A DNA stretch of 64,000 nt from Hemiscyllium ocellatum (lineage: Eukaryota): contig NW_026867509.1 of NCBI RefSeq assembly GCF_020745735.1, positions 806,001-870,000 of the forward strand. Reading direction: 5' to 3'. Of the stretch, positions 23,389 to 34,330 are shown in pieces. Positions within the stretch are counted from its first letter, which is position 1; the number at the start of each line of letters is the position of its first letter. The notes under the pieces were generated by a model that saw only the letters and a program-made list of their open reading frames with translations, did no database searches and had not been told where the DNA came from. The position numbers and the translations under genes are program-made.

Positions 23389-23416
23389 CACGGTGAATGA
23401 GACCTAAACAAATATC
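23389..23416 (+). other. 3' 12-RSS of NAR-TCR D
   Basis: cacggtg - aatgagacctaa (12 nt) - acaaatatc. Confidence 0.88.
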
Positions 23417-23725
23417 ATGTCCAATTACAATCAATGTTCTGTGGCACGTCGCTCCGTATGCATTAGAAGAAATTGGCGTCCTGGTTTGGTTTTATTGTAC
23501 TTTCTGACTTCTATTCTGGATCTTTTGAATTGCACTCAATTTTTGAGAAGAGCTAATCTCCAGTTCAGGTTATTGTGCCTTGTCTCTGAGATTTTCGAAT
23601 TTCCTCAAGGACAACTTGAACTGACGTATTATATCCAAATTGGAATTGAGTGTACTGACTCAAAGCAACTCGATAATGAGGTAGAACCGAGTGATGATTT
23701 TTACCCCAGAGATTGGTGTATCAGT

Positions 23726-23766
23726 AGTTTTTCTGCAAAGGTGTGACCGAGAACCTTGTCACTGTG
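23726..23766 (-). other. Long-spacer (23-class) RSS of NAR-TCR J
   Basis: Perfect cactgtg at 23760-23766. The T-tract nonamer is at 23-25 nt (tttttctgc at 23 nt; agtttttct at 25 nt); there is no nonamer at 12 nt. Confidence 0.78.
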
Positions 23767-23819
23767 GTACTCCGACGAAGCAGTGGATGGATCCGGGACA
23801 ATGGTGACTGTCACAGCTG
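23767..23819 (+). CDS. NARTCRJ: NAR-TCR J segment (YSDEAVDGSGTMVTVTA + G)
   Basis: GxGT-x-VTV J motif, phase-1 donor G|gtaagt, in phase with the acceptor at 28654. Confidence 0.92.
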
Positions 23820-25049
23820 GTAAGTGAATTCAAAACAGACCGTGTTCAACACTGTGCAGGAAACTACTTACTGTAGTTGTATTCTTGTGATCTATATTCC
23901 CTCAACATAACTTCATTTAAAATAAACATTTTTCTAAGGTAAGTTTTCATTGCAATTTTAGATCTGAGAGCAGAATTAGCAGTATGAGTCAGGGCTGAGA
24001 GTAAAACCCGAGACAAGAGACAATAGGTTTGGTTGACCTGATCTGTATCATTCTTATTAAAAAAAAAGACATAAGATAATGCAAGCATAATCCCAGTCTC
24101 TCACTCTCAATGTTAATTGTTATAAATGGATTCAGGTTATCAAACTGCTAAGCCCCAAGCCCACATGTTGAATTGGATGTTACTGCGAACAAAGTAGCTG
24201 TCTTATGTGCAAAGGATTTTTGTCTGATCCTGGCAATGGGAATGAGGAATCAGGAAAGAGCACCTTGTTGTACAATGATTTGTCTGAGACCTGGAGTGGC
24301 ACAAAGCCGAGAACATGTTAGAGCAGGCTACAGATTTCCTAGATTTAGTCCTGGCAGAATTTTACAATTGGGCAGTCAGTGACTGAATTTAATTTTATCC
24401 TTTCTGATGTTTCTTTCTGTTGCCTAAATATTCGCATTAATTTCATCCCTTGCCTCCCTTAGAAAGAAACGAATAACTTCAGGCACCCACCCATCGTAAA
24501 TGTTAATATTTGAAATGCTGATGGTGGCTCTTTTCGACTGGGATCTCGAATTTCCTGGCAAAGCACGAACAACCAAATTAGAAACGAATGCAACTTTCCC
24601 TTTGTGTTCAACTTTTCAATTCATAGAAAGCAGACAATCAACGCAGTATTTAACAGTTTGACTCGAATCTAGATAATGACTGATTTTGATAAACTGGCTC
24701 GTTTCAATCTGATAATTCATGGTCTTTTCTGACTTTCGCACTCAAGGACCCCTCCAAGTGATGTCTGGTTTTAAGATGTTGCCCGATTTGTCACTGTAGA
24801 CGTCTCCAAAGTCCTTCTTTAATAACGACATTTTTTTCCAGGTTGATTTCATGCCACCCTTGAACAACCCTCTTATACAACTGAACTCGTTAATTTAACA
24901 GTCGTGGAAACAAGAGACATAACTATCCACTGTCTGTTGAGTCAGTCTAAATGCAGAGGCGAAGTAACCTTTAATATCAGTGGGTTGCTAAGGCCTTGTG
25001 TTTCGTTTTGCTTCTTCCTTTCACAGTAAGCGGATCTATTTTTCGATCA

Positions 25050-26060
25050 GAGGGTGGTGGTGCAGTGTTGCTCTGAGATCTGTGGGACTGTGACCAGCGG
25101 TGTGTCACAAGGATCGGTGCTGGGTGAACTGATTTTTGAATTTGAATAACGGAAGTCTAGTTAATAAGATTCCAAGTGACGCCAAAGTTGGTGATATAGT
25201 AGACAAAATAAGTTACCTCAGAATACAACTGGATCTTGGTCAGATGGTTGATGGATTGTGGAATGGCAAACAGTGTTTCGAATCGATGAAAAATGAGATG
25301 CAACCTTTTTTTAGGGCAAATAAGGGCAGACATCTACATTTAGTGGTAAGGACCTAGTGAGCCTTGACAAATAAAGAGGTGTAATGCAGTTTCTTCGTAA
25401 TTGGAGTAGCAGGTAGACAGTATAGTGAAAAAGGAGTTTCCGAAGGTTCCCATTCTTTGTCAGTGCATTAAATATAGCACGTAGGACGGTCACGTTGCAC
25501 CTGAACAGGACATTGGATAGGCCATTCGTATACTGCGTTCAATTCTGGTATCCCTGCTATAAGAAAGATATTGTGAAACTTAAAAGGGAATCAGAAGATA
25601 TTTGCACGTATGTTCCGAGAGTTTGAGGCAAAAGCGGACACATAATGCACTGAGTTTTTTTTCTCCCTAGAGATTCAGAATCTGTGTTGTGACATGACAG
25701 AAGTTTACAAAATGATGAACAGAATAGATAAAGTGAATAGTCAATACCTTTTCCACTGCGTGAGGAAGTCGAAAATTAGAGAGCATCGCTTTCATGCGAG
25801 GTGGGAGATTTATATCGGACATAAACGTTAACTTTCTCATGTTGAGTGTGGAGTGTTTTTGGAATGAACTGCCACAGCAAGGAACAGACACAGTTACAAT
25901 TGCAACATTTGAAAGTCAACAGGATAGGCATTTGAATAGGAAGGCTGACGTGGGATGTGGGATAAATGCTGGCAAATGGGACTAGATTAATTGAAGATTC
26001 CTGGTCTTCATGGACGACTTGGTCTGATCGGTCTGTTTCCATGCTACACATCTCTTTGAA
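25050..26060 (+). mobile_element. Decayed CR1 3' fragment in the J-to-V intron
   Basis: gtgtcacaaggatcggtgctggg (GVPQGSVLG-like) through a 3' UTR ending tgtttccatgctacacatctctttgaatctatg. Confidence 0.8.
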
Positions 26061-27229
26061 TCTATGATGCTGAACTTCAATTGCAAGCCCAGGTTCACAG
26101 TTATCGATAGTATTAAAGGGGGTTGTGTTACATTAACCATATAGCGAAACCAAATGCATGTGGAGATTGGTCCAATTGTATATCACTCAATGCGAAAGCG
26201 CCTTACAATACATGAAGCGCCAAGACAATAGATAGATATATTCAGGGGAATTTATTTGAACTGAGACAGTTCAGAATATGAAGCTGGCTGACAAGTGGAG
26301 TGGTTGGAACGAATGGTTCATTATGGTGATGGCGTCATTGCAAAATAGAGAAAGAAAACTGGAAGGGAATGTAAGGAAACGGGAATCAGTTAGAAACGTG
26401 TTAGTTACAGTTCGGGAGGGAGAAGGCATTTAGAATGCACAAAAACAGATGCAGTCAATTGCCCTGAATGGACTATTCTTGATCTGATGTCTCCATGTGA
26501 TGCAAATTTCAGAGAACACCTTGCCAGTAATCGTGTAGAACTGTTCATCAATGGAGTGAAGCACTTGAAATTGTCAGATATTCTGATAATCTAGTTCTCA
26601 GTGACAGAAAATCTACTGTGTAAGTGGCAATGCCTGAACCCAAATGTCAATTGTGCGACTTTGGGACCAATTCACAGGATGGGAAACAGCAAGCCAATGT
26701 CACAAAATGAGAGTTATAGATTTTGAAATGAAATTATTTGAAGCAATTATCAGAGAAGTGAAATCAAGCGAGATTAGTTCCCTGGTATATGGAAAGACGA
26801 ATAGTTCCAAAGTTAGCCTGGTGCTACAGTGTGGTTATGGAATGTTGCAGAACGTTGACATACAGGCATAAAATAATGAAACTGTCGTGATAAATTGCAA
26901 AATAATGCAATCAGTCTCATAAGCTGTACTAAGAGGGGCATTCAGTCCAAAAGCAAATAGACTGTTAAATCTGAAGAACACGCTTTGAAATCGACGAGAA
27001 CATTGTATTAGTTAGTGGGAAACGTCATTTTGGACGGATGGGAAGGCAGGAGAGAGCATGCAGAAACATGTACATGAATTATTTCATGGTACAAGGACTT
27101 TGGAGCTGGAGATGGATTGAAGATGTTCTGTCTACTTTTCTTCAAGATGTGAAGTGTGAAAAAAAATCGAGAACAAAGAACAATACAGCACAAGATCAGG
27201 GCCTTCATTTCTCTGAGTTTCCATTGACA

Positions 27230-27700
27230 CATTTTCCCTTCCATACCACAACTTTCTCCACACATGATCTGTATCTTTTCATTCCCTTCCTTTCAGTGTA
27301 TTCGTCCAGGTACTTGTTGAAATCTGCTACTGTGCCTGCTTACATCGTCTCCTTTTGCAACGCCTTCTGGCCACTCCCCTCTCTTTGTGTGAAAAACTTG
27401 GATCGCGTACCTCTTCTATGATCTCCCGCCTCGCACCTTGAACCTGTTTCGCCGTGGAATTCATCCCTCCACCCTGGGAAAAAAAACTCATACTTTCCAT
27501 CCTCTTCATGCAATTCACAATCTTACAGGCGTCTGTCAGATCGCCCTGCAATCTCCTGCGTTCCTGTGACAACAAACCCATTCTACCCAAACATTTTTCA
27601 CAGGTAAACTCCTCCATACCAGGGAAGTCCTGTCGAACAGTTTTAGTATGGGCCCAAAACCATTCGCTTCCTCCATACTTAATGAAGTTAATCAAATTCA
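27230..27700 (-). mobile_element. Decayed CR1 3' fragment
   Basis: Minus-strand LGRMGLLSQERRRLQGDLTDACKIV motif. Confidence 0.7.
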
Positions 27701-28653
27701 TGAACAGTGTGAACAGAGCAGATAGTGTCAAACTGCTCCAATTGGTGGAAAGCTCCAGAACTGAAACAAACACATTGAATAGATAAAAGAATCAATGACG
27801 ACTTAAGCAAAATGAATTTAATTTCAATGTTTGTGATGTATAATGTAATTCCTGAGACTGCAAGAAAGGCAAACTTGGCCAAGGTGTTCTAGAGGAAATT
27901 GCATAATTATCTAAGAAGGAAGTGTGTGTCAGCCGCTGGCAGAGAGTGGGAAGTGGTAGTCGTTGAATTCCTCATTCAGAGACACAGTATGTGCACGTCA
28001 GACCGAATGATCTTCTGCTGTGCCAGTACTGTTCTTAATTATCTTCCCGAATACTGTGGCCTACAGATACTTACCGTTCATCTAGGTCAATAACTGCTGA
28101 TGAGTTTTATGACGTTCTGTTGGATCTTACTGACCATAAAGATGTAACATGGCGGGGGTAATTGTCTGTTATGTAAATCTGCAGAGTGAACATCTGAGTG
28201 AAGAGGAGCATGAACTATTTTTTTTTCCCAGATGTACATTTAACAGAAATACAGAAGAAGATTTTTAATAAAATCGATTGAAGCAGACAACACAGTATCG
28301 GTAGTGCATGTGTAGATTCTTCAAATAAAACCAATTCCTCCCATTCTGTAGTTTTTGCCCGTTCTCCTGGGATCCTTCCCTGTTGCAGTTCATTTGCAAA
28401 CTCCGTTTGAAATTTAGTCTTAATTCTGAATTCTTATCATGCATTCTGATGTTTGAATCTGGTAATAACAACGCACTCTGCCAACAGCAAGAAATTGCAG
28501 CATCTGGATATTAATTTGTTAATTATGATGAAGACCGTGTCAAAGCTGTGTTAAATTAAGAAAAAATCTCTTAATGACAGAAATGTTTGCACGATTTCCA
28601 GGTTTCCAGCACAACCAGTGCTCTAAAACCTTTTTTCTTAATATGTTCTCCAG

Positions 28654-28963
28654 ATTCCCCGTCCCTGGTGTCTCACAGCCCTACTGTCAAAACCTCAGTT
28701 GCAGTTGACACCATTACTTTAAGCTGTAAATATTCAGGATTCTGTCAGTACACAGTTTACTGGTACCGTCATGCCCCAGGACAGGCTCTGGAATACCTGC
28801 TTCAGAGATACACTTCAGGACAGCAGAATAACAAAAATGCAGCTGGAGGAAGAATTTCTGCTGATATTGACTCTGCAGCGAAAATTACTCGTTTATATAT
28901 CGCCACAATACAACAAAGTGACTCTGCTGTGTATTACTGTGCACTGAGTCGGCGCTCAGCATA
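28654..28963 (+). CDS. TRDV: Leaderless supporting TCR-delta V exon for NAR-TCR, intact
   Basis: ttctccag| acceptor; DSPSLVSHSPTVKTSVAVDTITLSCKYSGFCQYTVYWYRHAPGQALEYLLQRYTSGQQNNKNAAGGRISADIDSAAKITRLYIATIQQSDSAVYYCALSRRSA. Canonical C/W/YYC plus a CDR1 Cys; I found no leader exon nearby upstream. Confidence 0.93.
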
Positions 28964-29002
28964 CACTATGATCCAAATGACGGAGAGAACTGTACAAAAA
29001 CG
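28964..29002 (+). other. 23-RSS no.1 of supporting V
   Basis: cactatg - 23 nt - acaaaaacg. Confidence 0.9.
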
Positions 29003-29023
29003 TAACCAGACTAACGATTAGGA

Positions 29024-29062
29024 CACAGTGACACAGAACACAGACAGAGCTGTACAAAAACC
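29024..29062 (+). other. 23-RSS no.2 (perfect consensus), 60 bp downstream of no.1
   Basis: cacagtg - acacagaacacagacagagctgt (23 nt) - acaaaaacc. Confidence 0.92.
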
Positions 29063-29084
29063 TGAACGTCCTGACGATTGCAGC

Positions 29085-29123
29085 AACAGCAATACAGAGA
29101 ACAGAGACAGCTGTACAAACAAA
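29085..29123 (+). other. Degenerate 23-RSS no.3
   Basis: aacagca - 23 nt - acaaacaaa; the invariant CAC is lost, so it is probably inactive. Confidence 0.65.
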
Positions 29124-31959
29124 TGAAGTGGTTTGCAGTTGAGGGATATGGGAAACTTGAAATCTCGGACTGCAGCATAGAAACTTCATTCATTGTGTGG
29201 TAATCCATCGTACAGAATGGAAAGATTATAATTTTATGAATGAGTTTGTGATTTCCTGAAAATTAATTTTAGATATTACTTTCTACATTTTTCAATACTT
29301 GTCTTAGAAAACTGGTACTTGGGGAAGATGGTTTGTTCTCTTCTACGCAGGGAGAGAATAGAGAAAGCAGATTCAATGAACACTTACAGATTTTTTTTCA
29401 AATTTGTGGAGTTCTGGAGAAGCAGAAAGAGTCCGGGTAACACTGCTCTAGATAGCAGTGATAATAACAACATGGCAAATGCATGAATATTTGATTTTAA
29501 ATTTGTATTTACATTTTTGGAGAGAAATAACTCCCAGTTAGACAAGTACTTTCTAGCAAGATTTTATGTGAATGCATAAACTGTGTTTCTTAATGTTCAC
29601 AGAAAAATCAGATGAAAACGATAGATTCAGTTCAGCTGAGTTTCCATCATCAACAACTAACCATTTCCTTTTATTACTTTAATTGTCATGGAAGGTGTAT
29701 TCTTCCTTCAAGGGAGTAGATTTTTCCACTTCACCTTAATTTGAATTTAGAAGTTAATTTTATTTTGTCATATTTTATTCCTTGAATAAAATAACTTTGG
29801 TTAGTTTGAGGTTTTACACCATCATGATAAACTGCTCAGAAGACTCAACTGTCAGTTAGATTCTGTTTGTGCAGGTTCTGTTGTGGTTTTACTGTTACTC
29901 ACTAGCATGTGCAACTTCTACGTCCTGGAAAACTTAAATTCCCGAAAAAAATTTTCCTGATTCTGTCCGGTGCTCCACGAAACTCCACGAGTTTTACATT
30001 ATGTACAATGCTCAGGACAGGGGTGGGCGAATCAACTGTCAACTGGAGAATGACAGAACTTTGTACTCTACAATAAAGGTTCACCGCTCTAACCACAGCA
30101 AACCAGTTTCACCAAGGCATTGTGCTCTTCTCTTCCGTTCTCCCCCTTGTAATTTTTCTAAAATTGACATCACCTCCACGAACTCCATGCAATCGACTGT
30201 CAATGAGGTCTGATGTGATTCGGTAACAAAAATATTTCTTCTCGAGCTGTGCTGTTATTGAACTGATGGATTGGTCGTTCTTTATTCTTCACCAATCCAC
30301 TAAATAAGGAATTTCTAATCCTGCCTCTTTGAACACACGCGGAATTTGAATTTTTTTTATAATATCAGCTCTTCATTCCCGGTGTTACAGTTCTTATGGA
30401 CGAGAGGAGAGCACGTAAAAATATCTTAAGAAGGGTGCCAAGACCCTAACATTTTCTTATTGTAAAAATAGATGCGAACTCATTGTTCCAGATATGATGA
30501 GACTGATGAAATAACACAACATTAAACAAAACACAACTAATTTATGTCATGAAGTTAAAATGCAAACAAAAGAAAACATTATTTAGAATAACTTAACGAG
30601 TGAAAAACATAACCGCTTAATACATAAAGTACAATTTCCTAACTAATTGTTCGAACACAGTAACTACCATAACAGTTCCCTGGAAAGACGGCATTCGAGA
30701 AAAGCATTCCTGCTGGAGCTCTTCTACCCCGCCTATTCTTTCTCTTTCCTTCGGTTAGTTTTCTCTGTTTTTTTCTTGTTCTCCCTTGAACCCCAAAACC
30801 GAATCGTTTTGCAGCAGCAGGCATGCGTCACAAGTACCAGAGCAACGAGGCCTGACAGAGAATCTGGTTTGCAAGCTCTAAATTATCGTTGTAGGTAGCA
30901 ACGACACAGAATCCCTGGAGCAGCGCAGGGATGCAAGTCTCTGATCATCACGTGAGCTGTGAGACCTAGAGCAGCACGGGAGGTCGCCTCGGTCACGTGA
31001 GTATTAGCGAGATCTGGACCGAGACTGGCATGGGGAAAGCAATACTTGAACTTACCTTGGAGCAACTGAGTGCCAGAATGGAGCGGACTGGAGGCTTGCA
31101 GTGGAGTATAGACGGCTGGTAGATTAGAATCAACGTGGATGCGCTATGCTGAGGTGCAACGATGTCATGTGTATTTATAATGTCTTATCTTGCTGTAATG
31201 TCAAACCTTTAAATATGTTCTTTTTTCGATCTTAGTTTTAAACTCTGTAAAGTAATGCAACTACTTGTATACCTCTGTTGTATGCAAGATTTCTACCAAG
31301 GTACTTGTACTTAAGATGTCGCCTTCAGAAGGCAGATAGTTAAAAACATTTTCACTAAATTCTTGCAAAGGATTGCATGTTACAATAACGAATATGCTAT
31401 TCTATTCTATTTTGTTACATTAAGTTCTGATTTATTACATTGTATTCTCAACACACCTCTTGGCAAAGAGGTCAATTCAAAGACAGTTTTTTTTTCATGT
31501 ACTTCTCCAATACAAGAGGGAACAACATCAAGAGAGATTTCACAAAAAGTAGCAACTCAGAATTATTCACTGAAGCGTCCAGCTCTTCTGGGAATACAAT
31601 CAGCTTCTGACTGCTCAAGCTGAAAATATCGAAGTAACCCTGATTACTTACTGCATGAATACTGATTACTTCAGCACAGATCAGACATAAACCAGGCTCT
31701 CAGACTCCTCGTTAAGTACAACAGGCACCTCTACAAACAGTTATTAACTCACCATCACAAGTTACTATCACAACTGCCTTTTCTGTCGCTGATGCTTCTG
31801 TTTTCTTTGATGAGTCGAAACTCATTTGTATTTCTCACTGCATGATTACATTTTGTTTCCTGTACACCGACGCTAACTTTTCCTGTTTTACGAAATGACA
31901 TGAAAGTTACTTATTTCCTTTTGCTTAACTTTGCTCCTGTTGTTAACTTCAGCGTTAAA

Positions 31960-34330
31960 TCATGGTAGGAGATCCTATGCGCCTCCAGTGCAATTTGGTA
32001 ATTCAAGGACAGTTCCCATATCCCTGATTCCTTCATGTGCAGGATGTGTGCCCAGATGCAGCCCCTGTCTGACACTTTGATAGCTCGGTAGATGCGGGTG
32101 GACTCACTTTGGAGCTTCAGCGAGATGGAAAAAGCTATGGTTAGCACGTTTAGTAACTTGGTGACACTATAGATTAAAAAACACTTAGGAAGAGTGATCA
32201 AAAGTGTGGCAAAGCTGTCTCTTTAAAAAGTTATTTTGTCCATAGATTATTTTTAAAAATGGTCAGAGATACAGAAATATTGGGAAATATCCTAGTGTAA
32301 CAAAAGCAGGAGAGTGTTCTGTTCTCCTAGTTCAAGATTTTATAAGTTTCCTATTGTTGTATCAGTCAGAAGCTGCTGGTTTTCGGTATAACAACAGAAG
32401 CTGAGGCAGTGAATAATGTTCAATGCTTCAGGAGATGATGCTTGACTGATTTTCCTTTTGAAATCTCTTCTCCTGTAAGGCTCTGTGCATGAAATTAACT
32501 TTTGCCGTGATGTGTGTTTTTTAGATGTTATAGGAAATGGAACAGCTCCTTAGCTAATTTTCTGTGTCGGTCATTTAAGTTTCCAAAAGTTAAGATCTAC
32601 TAAATTCTATTTCCTATTGTTTGTGTTTCAACTGTAGCGTTTAAATGAATTCTGTTTTGCTTCAAGCCATGTGGATCAGTCAGCTGCATCACACCCGGAA
32701 CATCACCTCACATCTGCCTTAAGATAAGGAAACGCTACGTTCCAGATTACCTTCTCAAAATATGTTGAGGGGGTCTGACCTAGGCTATAACAACAGGCAG
32801 AGGAAGAGCACGAAGGCAGTGCAGGGGTCGTCTGCAGTCATCTCCCTTCAGAACAAGTATTCAGTTTTCGACACTGGTGGGAGAGATGGTTCACCAAGAA
32901 AAAATTGCAGCAGTCAGGGTTATGGTAAGATGGCTGGTCATTTTGCACAGGAGGGAGGATAAAACCTGTCAGAGCTGGAGTGATTGGGGAGGAACTTGTT
33001 AGTGGAACAGGGAGATGCTTCTGCCTCCACAAAAGAAAGTTCAGGATCGTATGCTGCCTCCGTGATGTAGGCGTCAAGGAAGCTTCCAAGCGGCTAAAGG
33101 ACATTCTGAGGCCTCGCGGAGTTGGGTGGGGGGACGTGGAGCTGGGGAGAGAGTGAACTTGCAGCTGTCATGATACATATAGGCACCAACAACACAGGCA
33201 AAAATCGGAATGTTGTCCAATGAGCTGAATTTAGGGAGTTACGTATGAAAGTTAAATGTAGGACTTCAAAAGTAGTCATCCAGGAAATGCTACTCGTGTC
33301 ACATGCAAGCCAGAGTGAGAATAACTAGATAACTAAAAGGAACAGATGGCTTGGAGGCTGGTGCAAGATGGAGGGATTCAAACTGATGCCACACTGGATC
33401 CGGTTCAGGGGAAGATAGGACCGGCATAAACCAAACGGTCTGCACCTGGGATGGACGAGAAGCAATGTCATGGGGAAGTGATTTCTATTGCTGTTGGGTA
33501 GCGTTTAAAATACTATGGCAGGCGAATGGGAAACAATGCACAATTCGGAAGGACGTGAAGTTCGGACAGAAACAACGACAGAATGTGAAAAATTGAAAGT
33601 TGAAGGCAGAGACACGAAAGACAATAATAAAAATGAGCAACATTATGCAGTGATTCAGAAATCGCAATATATCTCAAACCAAAATGACCTGAAAGGTCTG
33701 TACCTCAATGCGATTGACATTTCAATCACGTGGATGAATTAACCGCGTAAACATTTACTTATGCATGTGATATCATTGCGATCACAGACACTTGCCTCCA
33801 GGATGACTGAGGATGGGAACTCAACATCGAGGAGTATTCAATTTTCAGGAAAGACATTAAAGGGAGGTGAGGTGGATTCGATTATCACACTAGTAAAATA
33901 GAAGGGGAGCCAACACGATGTGAAAGCTGTATGGGTGGAAATGTAGAATACCAAAGAGAAATTGCGTTATGTGCAGCTACCAAACAGTTGTTCCGATATT
34001 GGGCACTGTATCGTAAAGGAAATTGGAAATGGATGTCGTATATCTATTGCATTTGCTTCAATTTACTTATTGATTAGACCAAGAAAACTGGCAACAATAC
34101 GCTGGACGAGTATTTCCTGAATGTATGAAGGATTTTTTTTCCTCTCCCAATATGTCAAATAACCAATTAGACAGTAAGCCATATTGTATTAGGTATTGCG
34201 TAGCGAGATTGGATTAATTAGCAACATTGTGGAGAGTGATCCTTTGAGGAAGAGTGACCATGAGATGGTAGAAGTCTTCATTAAGATAGTTGTGTTTCTG
34301 GACTTAATACTGAGCTCAACACATAGAAAA
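31960..34330 (+). mobile_element. Decayed CR1 (ORF1 zinc finger, esterase and APE remnants), interrupted
   Basis: IPDSFMCRMCAQMQ (about 32020), VISLQNKYSV (about 32840), IHIGTNNTG, LKGLYLNA, DHEMVE motifs. Confidence 0.75.

Noticed and set aside
28964-29123. Regularly spaced repeats suggestive of a CRISPR-like array
   Set aside because: Eukaryotic context; the units are recombination signal sequences, not repeat-spacer units, and there are no cas genes.
29860-30170. Possible decayed V-like exon after a tgtgcag acceptor (GGRINCQL..HCA; FS*FCPVLHETP)
   Set aside because: Cys/Trp spacing is wrong, there is no leader or RSS, and the similarity is split over frames; needs an HMM search.
30384-31270. 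Possible solo LTR (tgttaca terminus, GC-richer interior)
   Set aside because: No second copy, PBS, PPT or clear opposite terminus in the window.
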